44,782 nt of DNA from Patescibacteria group bacterium (GTDB lineage: Bacteria > Patescibacteriota > Minisyncoccia > 2-02-FULL-40-12): NCBI GenBank assembly GCA_038063995.1, contig JBBTUA010000006.1:1-44782 (forward strand). Direction: 5' to 3'. The notes beneath the pieces are model-generated. The model searched no databases. It was given only the letters and a program-made list of their open reading frames with translations, and had not been told where the DNA came from. Position 1 is the stretch's first letter. Each line of letters opens with the position of its first letter. A program made the position numbers and the translations under genes. Positions 36,064 through 44,045 of the stretch are shown here, piece by piece.

Positions 36064-37518
36064 ATGAAAATTTTAAATACTTTATCCGGCCAGAAAGAGG
36101 AATTTGAGCCGATTCAAGATAAAAAAGTCGGGATGTTCGTTTGCGGCCCGACGGTTTATGACTGGTCTCATATCGGACATGCAAGGACCTATGTAATTTT
36201 TGATATTATTTCAAAATACCTTCGCTCCAAAGGCCATAAAGTCAAATTCATAATGAACATCACGGATATAGACGATAAAATAATTGAGCGAGCCAGAAAT
36301 GAAGGCAAGTCTTGGAAAGAAATCGCTGATTTTTTTGAAAAAGAATTTATGGCTGATATGAATGCCCTTTATATTAAAGTTGATAAATTTGCCAAAGCGA
36401 CTGACCACATTAAAGAAATAATCAAACAAATAAGTGCTTTGGTTAAAAAGAGCTACGCCTATGAAATTGAAGGCGAAGGCGTGTATTTTGATATTTCGAA
36501 ATTCGAAGATTACGGAAAGTTATCAAAAAGAACTGTTGAACAGGCCGAAGACGCTGTATCCCGTATAGACGAATCGGTTAGTAAACGGAATAAAGGCGAT
36601 TTTGTCTTATGGAAGTTTTCAACAGCGATTCCGCAACCCGCCTATGGCGGGGCGGAACCTTCGACGAGCACAGCAGACGAGCCTTCGTGGGATAGCCCAT
36701 GGGGCAAAGGCCGCCCGGGCTGGCATATTGAAGATACTGCTATTTCAGAAAAATATCTTGGAAAGCAATATGAAATCCATTGCGGCGGCCGGGACCTGGC
36801 TTTTCCCCATCATGAAGCAGAAATAGCTCAGCAGGAAGCGGCTTCAGGTAAAAACCCTTTTGTTAAATATTGGCTTCATTCAGGATTTGTTACGGTTGAC
36901 GGCCAGAAAATGTCCAAGTCATTGGGAAATTTTATAACAATAAGAGAAGTTCTCCAAGAATATCCTCCGGAAGCTTTGCGTTTTATGATTGCATCTTCTC
37001 ATTATCGCTCCCCTGTTGCTTACAGCGAAGATTTAATAAAATCGAGCGAAGCGGCTATCCAAAGAATCATTGAGCTGAAAGACAAGCTCGATTTGCTCAA
37101 GAAAAGCTCAAATGCGGAAGATTTAGATATTGGGGTTGAAAACCTGATAAAAACCGCCAGAGAAAAATTCGAGGAAAAAATGGATGATGACTTTAATACG
37201 CCGGAAGCAGTAGCCGTGATTTTTGATTTTATAAGGATGGTAAACGGGTTGATTGACGAGAACAAGATCAGCAAGAAATCAGCGGATAAAATATTAAAAT
37301 TCATTGAAGAGTTAGATAAAGTTCTTGGAGTAATCCCTGAAAAAAAATCTATTCCGGCAGAGATTTCGAAGCTGGTTCAAACCAGAGAAAAATTGAGAAA
37401 AAATAAAGAATGGCTGGAAGCTGATAAAATAAGGGACCGGATTCAGGAAGGGGGCTACTCAATCGAAGATACTTTGTACGGGCCATTAGTGAAGAAGAGC
37501 TTAGAACATAGAATTTAG
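36064..37518 (+). CDS. cysS: Cysteinyl-tRNA synthetase with a 16-aa insert
   Basis: CGPTVY, HIGH, GRPGWHIE, FPHHEAE, KMSKSLGN. Confidence 0.97.
   Translation: MKILNTLSGQKEEFEPIQDKKVGMFVCGPTVYDWSHIGHARTYVIFDIISKYLRSKGHKVKFIMNITDIDDKIIERARNEGKSWKEIADFFEKEFMADMNALYIKVDKFAKATDHIKEIIKQISALVKKSYAYEIEGEGVYFDISKFEDYGKLSKRTVEQAEDAVSRIDESVSKRNKGDFVLWKFSTAIPQPAYGGAEPSTSTADEPSWDSPWGKGRPGWHIEDTAISEKYLGKQYEIHCGGRDLAFPHHEAEIAQQEAASGKNPFVKYWLHSGFVTVDGQKMSKSLGNFITIREVLQEYPPEALRFMIASSHYRSPVAYSEDLIKSSEAAIQRIIELKDKLDLLKKSSNAEDLDIGVENLIKTAREKFEEKMDDDFNTPEAVAVIFDFIRMVNGLIDENKISKKSADKILKFIEELDKVLGVIPEKKSIPAEISKLVQTREKLRKNKEWLEADKIRDRIQEGGYSIEDTLYGPLVKKSLEHRI
36622..36669 (+). mobile_element. 48-bp in-frame hairpin insertion in cysS
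   Basis: ACAGCGATTCCGCAAC-CCGCCTATGGCGG-GGCGGAACCTTCGACGAGC; removal gives WKFSTADEPSW. Confidence 0.88.
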
Positions 37519-37594
37519 AATATAGGAATTAGAAATTTTCAACACCCTATCCCCTAGCAGAAGAACATAGAATTTAGTAATTAGAACTTAGGAC
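37501..37594 (+). repeat. Two heptamer (WTAGAAY) arrays at the cysS-dnaB junction
   Basis: TTAGAAC ATAGAAT TTAGAAT ATAGGAA TTAGAAA, then ATAGAAT TTAGTAA TTAGAAC TTAGGAC. Confidence 0.8.
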
Positions 37595-37595
37595 T

Positions 37596-38939
37596 ATGAC
37601 GAATCTGCCGGACAAACTGCCGCCTCAAAATCTGGAAGCCGAAAGATCGGTTCTGGGCGCTATTTTAATTGATAAGAACTCGATTGAAAAAGTCGTTGAT
37701 ATGCTCAAGGCGGAAGACTTTTACAGCCGTCAGAATCAGTTGATTTACGAGGCAATGGTCAAGCTTCTTGAGAAAAATGACCCGATAGATATTCTTACGG
37801 TGACCAATAGGCTTGAGGAATTTAGCCAGCTTGAAGATGCGGGCGGAGCGGCTTACCTTACTTCGCTCCTTGCCGCCACTCCGACCTCGGCTCATATTTT
37901 AAATTACGCCAAGATAGTTCAAAGAAAGAAAATTTTGAGAGATTTGATTGATTCAGCCCACAAAATTATGAGCCTCGGCCATCAAGAAGACGAAAGCATC
38001 GAAAAAATTCTTGATCAGGCGGAGCAAAAACTCTTTTCCGTGTCCCAACGTTCAATCACCCAGGAATTCGTAGCGATTAAAGAAGAACTGCACGAAGCTT
38101 TTGAGAGGCTGGAAAGACTGCATAAGGGCGATGGCGCCTTAAGAGGAGTTCCAACCGGTTTTGTGGATTTGGATAATATGCTGGCCGGACTCCAAAGGTC
38201 TGATCTAGTGATTCTCGGAGCGCGGCCGTCGCTGGGTAAAACTACTTTTGCCTTGGATATAGTCAGGAATGTGGCCAGAAAAGAAAATACAGGAGTCGGC
38301 ATATTCAGTCTTGAGATGTCTAAAGATCAGGTGATTGACAGGATTCTGGCGGCTGAAGCAGGAGTAGGGCTTTGGAAATTGAGAACCGGCCACCTGACCA
38401 GTTCCGGAGATTTTAATGATTTTTCAAAAATTTCGCTTGCCTTAGATACTCTTTCAAAACTGCCAATTTTTGTAGATGACACTCCTTCGCCCACGGTTTT
38501 GCAAATCAGAGCAATGGCGAGACGGCTTAAAGCCAGAAATGAACTGGGGCTTTTAGTCGTGGATTATCTCCAGCTGGTTCAGCCTAGAAGCGACATTGAC
38601 GGCTATGTCCAACAGGTTACTGATGTAGCCAATTCTTTAAAAGCGCTTGCCCGAGAGTTGAATATTCCGATTATTGCCGTTTCCCAGCTTTCCCGAGCTG
38701 TTGAGGCGCGGCCTGACCAAAGGCCCAGGCTTTCTGATTTAAGAGAATCAGGGGGAATTGAACAGGCTGCTGATTTGGTTATGTTCATCCATCGCGAAGA
38801 CAGGGTCAGGCAGAATTCAGACAAAAAAAATATCGCCGAGATCATAGTTGCTAAACATCGAAACGGCCCCATCGGCAGTATGGAGCTCTATTTCGACGAA
38901 GAAGAAGTGAGTTTCAAGAATCTGGCGAAGAGTATCTAA
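37596..38939 (+). CDS. dnaB: Replicative DNA helicase
   Basis: PPQNLEAE, GARPSLGKT, SLEM, VDYLQL, SQLSR, LRESGGIEQAAD, KHRNGP. Confidence 0.97.
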   Translation: MTNLPDKLPPQNLEAERSVLGAILIDKNSIEKVVDMLKAEDFYSRQNQLIYEAMVKLLEKNDPIDILTVTNRLEEFSQLEDAGGAAYLTSLLAATPTSAHILNYAKIVQRKKILRDLIDSAHKIMSLGHQEDESIEKILDQAEQKLFSVSQRSITQEFVAIKEELHEAFERLERLHKGDGALRGVPTGFVDLDNMLAGLQRSDLVILGARPSLGKTTFALDIVRNVARKENTGVGIFSLEMSKDQVIDRILAAEAGVGLWKLRTGHLTSSGDFNDFSKISLALDTLSKLPIFVDDTPSPTVLQIRAMARRLKARNELGLLVVDYLQLVQPRSDIDGYVQQVTDVANSLKALARELNIPIIAVSQLSRAVEARPDQRPRLSDLRESGGIEQAADLVMFIHREDRVRQNSDKKNIAEIIVAKHRNGPIGSMELYFDEEEVSFKNLAKSI

Positions 38940-38972
38940 GTGTAGCCGCAAATTCTATTATCTATCAGAACT

Positions 38973-39032
38973 CTCGGACATACCCAATTTCTAAATAATA
39001 AAGCCTCTCGGGTATAGTTGTTTCAGAAACGT
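38973..39032 (-). repeat. 60-bp left-arm fragment of the type B element
   Basis: 59/60 identical to 31867-31926. Confidence 0.9.
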
Positions 39033-39074
39033 ATAGATACGAAACCCATAAAACAATATCATTTTTTTAAATCT

Positions 39075-39257
39075 AGCTGCCCGTTTGGCGATGCCTTCTC
39101 AGGAACCTCGCGAGCCGAGCCGTAAGTAGAAGATAAACTATGTAGCGAGGCGAACGAGGAGCGAGGGTTTATTCTGATAAACAGGGAACTACCTAATTTA
39201 TTACAAGTTGTATGAGGCCGAGCATTTCCTGAAAGACATTGCCAAAAAAGGGCAGCT
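39075..39257 (+). repeat. Large structured element, type B, inverted relative to the other copies
   Basis: IR AGCTGCCC/GGGCAGCT; TGTAGCGAGGCGAACGAGGAGCGAGGGTTT (39141-39170) is the exact reverse complement of 21001-21030. Confidence 0.87.
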
Positions 39258-39279
39258 GGTGTTGCCAAACGGTGGCGAA

Positions 39280-39591
39280 CTAAGAGATGCTTAAAATTTC
39301 AACTTCGGTGAAGGGCTGGCGGTGGCCTTTTTTTACTTTGTAGCGGGTTTTATTTTTATATTTAAAAACAATTTTCTTCTCACCCCTGCCCTGTTTTAAA
39401 ACCTTGGCTTTAATTTTTATTCCCTCGACAAGAGGCTGGCCTACTTGTATTTCTTTATCGTTGCCGAAAAGCAAAATCTGATCAAAGTTAAATTCTTCGC
39501 CTTCGTTTTGATTCAGCTTTTCGACTTTTAGTTTTTGTCCTTCGGAAACTATATATTGTTTTCCGCCGGTTTTAATTATTGCGATATTCAT
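39280..39591 (-). CDS. rplU: 50S ribosomal protein L21
   Basis: MNIAIIKTGGKQY, KGHRQPFT; true start at 39591. Confidence 0.96.
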   Translation of the reverse strand: MNIAIIKTGGKQYIVSEGQKLKVEKLNQNEGEEFNFDQILLFGNDKEIQVGQPLVEGIKIKAKVLKQGRGEKKIVFKYKNKTRYKVKKGHRQPFTEVEILSIS

Positions 39592-39596
39592 AATTT

Positions 39597-39672
39597 TGGC
39601 GACCCCAATGGGATTCGAACCCATATTGCCGGAATGAGAATCCGACGTCCTAAACCATTAGACGATGGGGCC
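39597..39672 (-). tRNA. tRNA-Glu(CTC) with encoded CCA
   Basis: GGCCCCATCGTCTAATGGTTTAGGACGTCGGATTCTCATTCCGGCAATATGGGTTCGAATCCCATTGGGGTCGCCA. Confidence 0.95.
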
Positions 39673-39741
39673 GGTTAGATAAAACCGCCTCATTTGGGCG
39701 GTTCTATCATAACAGATGCAAAATCCGATTGTCCAGTTAAA

Positions 39742-42159
39742 TTAATAATTTAGGGGGTGACTTGAAAGAGACTGGAATGCCGCAGGCGCTGGAGGAGTTG
39801 GAGGCATTGGCGGAGACGGGCTTTGATGCCGGCGGGTGAAATCGAGCTCATTTATTATTTCAGTCTTTCCTTTTTTCTTGCCCCAGAAATAACCAATTAT
39901 CGCTAAAGCGACAGCTAATATAACTAAGAACCAATTCCATCCGCTAAAACCTGATATATTTGCACCAAGTGCTCCATTCGAATCATTTATTTTGAAACTG
40001 GCCCGGGCCGAATCGCTCATTTTGCCGTTTGAATTTACTGCATGAACCCACCAGTTATAAGTTTTCCCTGATTCAACCGCTATCGTAATCGAATTATTCT
40101 GATAATTATTTATGCAGACATAATGGGGGTTATCCGGACAATTGTTTCGTGAGTCGCGCAAATCGGTTTCTTCTCCGACAATATCTACTCTTACAGCATA
40201 AGATTTAGCGCCTTTAACCGAATTCCAAGAAAGCGTTATTGAATTCGTATCTTTATCAAATAACTGGCTGTTCGGAGCAAGATTGGCAGGTGCAGATATT
40301 TGTAAATTGCTATCGCCAAAGTAACCTCCGGTTGCAGCTTTTGCCGTTCTGGCTGTCGGAGGGTCTATTAAACAAGAACCAAAAGCCGCTCGGCCAAAAG
40401 CGTCAGTGGCAGTAACTCGCGCGGTTTTAAGACCGGGCGTAGAGAAAGAAGTAGTGATAATTTTTCCTGTTCCGAAGACATCTCCGCTCCAGGCATAAAG
40501 AACCGGCTCAACGCCGCCTGTATGAGCCGCGGCTACCGTAACCGGTTCCCCTATTCTAACTATAAATTTATTTGGCGCACAGGCTACCGTAAAGTTATAG
40601 AAAGGTGTGGGAGTCGGGGTTGGATATGGCGTTGGATAAGGAGTCAGATATGGAGTCGGCCAAATCACCGAGAATGGAAAAGGAGTCGGCCAGTGAATAT
40701 TAACCGTTTGATAGTTGTTATTGATCTGGTTATTATTTTGGGTTTGATTATTGTTTTGGTTTTGTTTTTGGTTGTTATTTTGGTTTTGGCTTACACAGAC
40801 TATCTGCGAATTCCAAATCTGGGCGGTTGTTCCAGGCGGACAATGAAAAGGCGTTGGAGTCGGAGTATGGCTCGGCGTTGGAGTCGGTGTAGGTGTCGGC
40901 GTTGGGGTATGACTCGGTGTAGGAGTGGGAGTGTGTGATGGAGTCGGAGTCGGTGTGGGAGAAGGAGTAGGCGTAGAGGTTGGAGTAGGAGTAGGCTGTA
41001 TCACCGTAACAGTAGCGTTATCAGTCGCTGAAAAACCAGCCTGATTAGAACAGGTGATTTTGAAAGTAGTTGTTTGAGTCGGCCAGACCACTTCGCTTCC
41101 TGAAGTATTTTTAACTCCTGACCAGCCGCTATGAGCAACACAGAAATTAGCGTTATGCGAGGTCCAGCTTAAAATAGAAAAGCTGCCTTTAAAAATAATA
41201 GTTGGATTAGCCGTTAAGTTAACAGAAACTTTAGGTATAGGAGTAGGTGTCGGGGTTGGTGTATGACTTGGTGTAGGGGTGGGAGTATGTGATGGAGTAG
41301 GTGTAGGTGGCGGTGGTGTAGAAGTAGGAACTATGACTTGAATAGTAGAAAACAATCTTTCTCCAAAAAATGCATCATGAAAAGGAGCATGGCAAGTATG
41401 CCCATCTGCTCTTATATAGTCTGCGCCGGCTCTGTGAACCATACTCATACTTAAAGGATGAGTTCCGCTATGAGGAGCTGTTATCGTGAAATTCCAGGCT
41501 ACTTCGCCATTTGGCCAAACTCCATATGGCAGATGTCCGTATGAAGGATTGAGAAATGCCGGTCCTTCAATTTGTGCAAATTGATAAAACGAACCGTGAT
41601 ACCATCTGGTGTTTCCCGTATCTTTTAGAGTAACACTGAAGTTAAAGTGTTGGCCCGGCTGCAATGTTAAATGTGAAGGCAAATTAGTGCTTACAATTCT
41701 ACTATCATCAACGCAGTTAATATGTGGAGGTGGTGTATGAGTAGGCGTTGGAGTCGTTGGAGTCGGGGTATGTGTAGGAGTCGGGGTTGGCAGAGAGCAG
41801 TCATTTATTCGATTAATATTCACTGTGATGTTTTCATCCGAATTTAAAACAATAGTACCAGTATCAAAGCTTTGGTGATTATGAGACGCGATATGCAGAT
41901 AAAAAACTCCTGAACGAAGATTATTGAAAGTAAATGAACCGGCAGAATTAGTAATTCCAAAAGCGCCGTCGTCCGGGCCATTGACAATAACAATCTGTGC
42001 TCCATTAACCGGGCCGCAGACATCATTGATATTTACCGTTAGGCTGTAGGAAGAATCTGCCTGGCCAAATCCTGCAAAAGAAATGGCCAAAATAGCGCTA
42101 AAAACCAAGCCTATAACGGCTTTTTTGCTAGCCAAAAAACGAATATTCATATAGTTCAT
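39742..42159 (-). CDS. Surface protein with beta-sandwich (Ig/Fn3-like) modules, Pro/Thr/His linkers, a Gln/Asn run and a C-terminal TM
   Basis: Signal peptide, four PT-rich tracts, QNQNNNQ tract, LSWNSV...YNWWVHAVN Fn3-like segment, TM followed by KKK. Confidence 0.75.
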   Translation of the reverse strand: MNYMNIRFLASKKAVIGLVFSAILAISFAGFGQADSSYSLTVNINDVCGPVNGAQIVIVNGPDDGAFGITNSAGSFTFNNLRSGVFYLHIASHNHQSFDTGTIVLNSDENITVNINRINDCSLPTPTPTHTPTPTTPTPTHTPPPHINCVDDSRIVSTNLPSHLTLQPGQHFNFSVTLKDTGNTRWYHGSFYQFAQIEGPAFLNPSYGHLPYGVWPNGEVAWNFTITAPHSGTHPLSMSMVHRAGADYIRADGHTCHAPFHDAFFGERLFSTIQVIVPTSTPPPPTPTPSHTPTPTPSHTPTPTPTPIPKVSVNLTANPTIIFKGSFSILSWTSHNANFCVAHSGWSGVKNTSGSEVVWPTQTTTFKITCSNQAGFSATDNATVTVIQPTPTPTSTPTPSPTPTPTPSHTPTPTPSHTPTPTPTPTPTPSHTPTPTPFHCPPGTTAQIWNSQIVCVSQNQNNNQKQNQNNNQTQNNNQINNNYQTVNIHWPTPFPFSVIWPTPYLTPYPTPYPTPTPTPFYNFTVACAPNKFIVRIGEPVTVAAAHTGGVEPVLYAWSGDVFGTGKIITTSFSTPGLKTARVTATDAFGRAAFGSCLIDPPTARTAKAATGGYFGDSNLQISAPANLAPNSQLFDKDTNSITLSWNSVKGAKSYAVRVDIVGEETDLRDSRNNCPDNPHYVCINNYQNNSITIAVESGKTYNWWVHAVNSNGKMSDSARASFKINDSNGALGANISGFSGWNWFLVILAVALAIIGYFWGKKKGKTEIINELDFTRRHQSPSPPMPPTPPAPAAFQSLSSHPLNY

Positions 42160-42310
42160 TTTTTGATAAAACTTAAATTAGATCCATTGACCTTTCAAAC
42201 TAATGTTAGCATAGAGGCCCAAATCTGTCAAACTCTGTCAATATTGACTAATTTATTTAAATAAAGTATAAATTTATTAATTCAATCTTGGAAACTCTCA
42301 AAAAGCGGAG

Positions 42311-43342
42311 TCAAAACTGATTCCGCCCTTCTAGTTTATATTGCCAAAAATGCCAGCGATAAAGGGCCCAGCCTATGGGCATCGGCAGCCAGAAAGTAAA
42401 AGCTCTCAAAAGAATTGTCATCGCAAAAGCCGGACTGGCCGGCACGCCGAATGATATTAGAATCAAAGTCATAGAGCCTTCAAAAACCCCAAGCGCCCCC
42501 GGAACAAAAGCAATCATTCCAATAAATCTGACCAGCGAAAAAACTATAAAGGCAAGCCTGAAACCGATTGGATAGCCGATGGCAAAAGAAATGAAGTAAA
42601 GGGTGAAAGTATGGGCCAGCAAGATCATACATTGCCAGAAAAAAGCAGACCAGAAATCTTTAGTTTTCTTCTGAAGCTCTCTGAAATTTATAGAAGTTTT
42701 TAACTGATCAAAAATCATTTCCAGATGTTTAGCGCGATTTGTTTCTTCCCCATTTTTATTTTCAAAACGATTATGGAACCAATTGGTTAGCCATTTGGCT
42801 AATTTGCCTCTTCTCTTTCTCTGGATCATAAAAAAAACAGAAACGGCAATAATGGCCAAAAAAACAAAAGTGTAGATTAAGTATCTAAGTTCAGGGATAT
42901 CGGCAATGGCGCCGCCTCTCAAAATAATTATCCAAGAGATAATAAAAAAAAGACCCATCGCCATCCATAGAGTCATAATTTCAATAAAGGCCCGGCCGAT
43001 GCCTTCACTTACTGTAAGCCCGTATTTTCTAAGATACTGGACAAAAAAAACCTGGCCCGACAATCCGGCCGAGGGCAGGGCCTGATTCAAAAACTGAACC
43101 ACGAAAGACATCGGATATAGATTCTTTGTTTTTACTTCCAGATCTTTTATCCGCAAAACATCTCTGTAATTCAAGGCCTGGAAATAATAAACAAAAAGCT
43201 GGATCACGATGATAGCGAGGAGCCATCCAAGCGATGAAACAGTAAAAACCGAACCAATGAGTTTCAGTTCGGAAAATTTTAGATAAACAATTACCAAAAC
43301 AGCAATGGTAATGAAATAAAATAAAAAATGTTTTAACTTCAT
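42311..43342 (-). CDS. Lysylphosphatidylglycerol synthase TM-domain (flippase-like) protein
   Basis: NQALPSAGLSG, PGALGVFEG, LLRAFTFWLP; multi-TM. Confidence 0.85.
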   Translation of the reverse strand: MKLKHFLFYFITIAVLVIVYLKFSELKLIGSVFTVSSLGWLLAIIVIQLFVYYFQALNYRDVLRIKDLEVKTKNLYPMSFVVQFLNQALPSAGLSGQVFFVQYLRKYGLTVSEGIGRAFIEIMTLWMAMGLFFIISWIIILRGGAIADIPELRYLIYTFVFLAIIAVSVFFMIQRKRRGKLAKWLTNWFHNRFENKNGEETNRAKHLEMIFDQLKTSINFRELQKKTKDFWSAFFWQCMILLAHTFTLYFISFAIGYPIGFRLAFIVFSLVRFIGMIAFVPGALGVFEGSMTLILISFGVPASPAFAMTILLRAFTFWLPMPIGWALYRWHFWQYKLEGRNQF

Positions 43343-43914
43343 CGTATTTTTTTATGTCTGAAACAGGTAATCAAATGATCATTCATCATTCCAATGCCCT
43401 GCATATAAGCATAGCAGGTTGTCGGCCCGACAAAAACAAAACCGCGTCTTTTCAGATCGCGGCTCATTAGCTCCGACTCTTTGCTTTTTGAACGAATCTG
43501 ACTGAAACTTTCGCACCGATTATTGATTGTTTTATAATCCGTGAATTGCCAGATGTATTTATCAAAACTTCTGAATTCTTCCTGAATTTTTAAAAAAGCC
43601 TCGGCGTTTTTAACCGCTCCTAAAATCTTAAGCCGGTTTCTTACCAGTCCCCTGTCTTTCATTAAGACCTTTATTTTATTTTTATCGTATTCGGCGACAG
43701 CCTTTGCGTTGAAGCCGCTGAAAGCTTTGCGGAAATTTTCTCTTTTATGTAAAATTGTCCGCCACGAAAGTCCGGCTTGAAAAGTGTCTAAAATTAAATA
43801 TTCGAAATGAAGATTGTCTTTGTGGCAGGGTCTCCCCCATTCTTTATCGTGATACTCGATCATCAGTTTATCTTCTCCCGGCCATGAACATCGGTTTATT
43901 TCAGCTTTATTCAC
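43339..43914 (-). CDS. tag: DNA-3-methyladenine glycosylase I
   Basis: RCSW, YHDKEWG, FQAGLSW, FVGPTTCYAYMQ, NDHLITC. Confidence 0.95.
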   Translation of the reverse strand: MNKAEINRCSWPGEDKLMIEYHDKEWGRPCHKDNLHFEYLILDTFQAGLSWRTILHKRENFRKAFSGFNAKAVAEYDKNKIKVLMKDRGLVRNRLKILGAVKNAEAFLKIQEEFRSFDKYIWQFTDYKTINNRCESFSQIRSKSKESELMSRDLKRRGFVFVGPTTCYAYMQGIGMMNDHLITCFRHKKIR

Positions 43915-44045
43915 AATTTCAATAATACATTAATTTTTAAAAAATCTAAACTCTGTTTTTGGCTTCTTGCAATTAATTCTATTTAAGCTATACAATCAAA
44001 TTTGTAGATGGAGTCGTTTGCGTTTTGGACAAGGTCTCGGACCGT

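Noticed and set aside
20870-39257. CRISPR array or integron attC array as explanation for the repeats
   Set aside because: No regular repeat-spacer periodicity and no cas genes. Elements flank housekeeping genes in opposing orientations rather than as tandem same-strand cassettes.
39059-39268. 69-aa minus-strand ORF
   Set aside because: Coincides with the type B hairpin element; no coding features.
39592-39624. N-terminal extension of L21 (MGSNPIGVAKI)
   Set aside because: It is the tRNA-Glu T arm and acceptor stem read as codons; the real start is 39591.
40324-40362. CCTCCG...CGGAGG dyad in the surface protein (PPTARTAKAATGG)
   Set aside because: Only a short stem in a variable linker; not distinguishable from chance.
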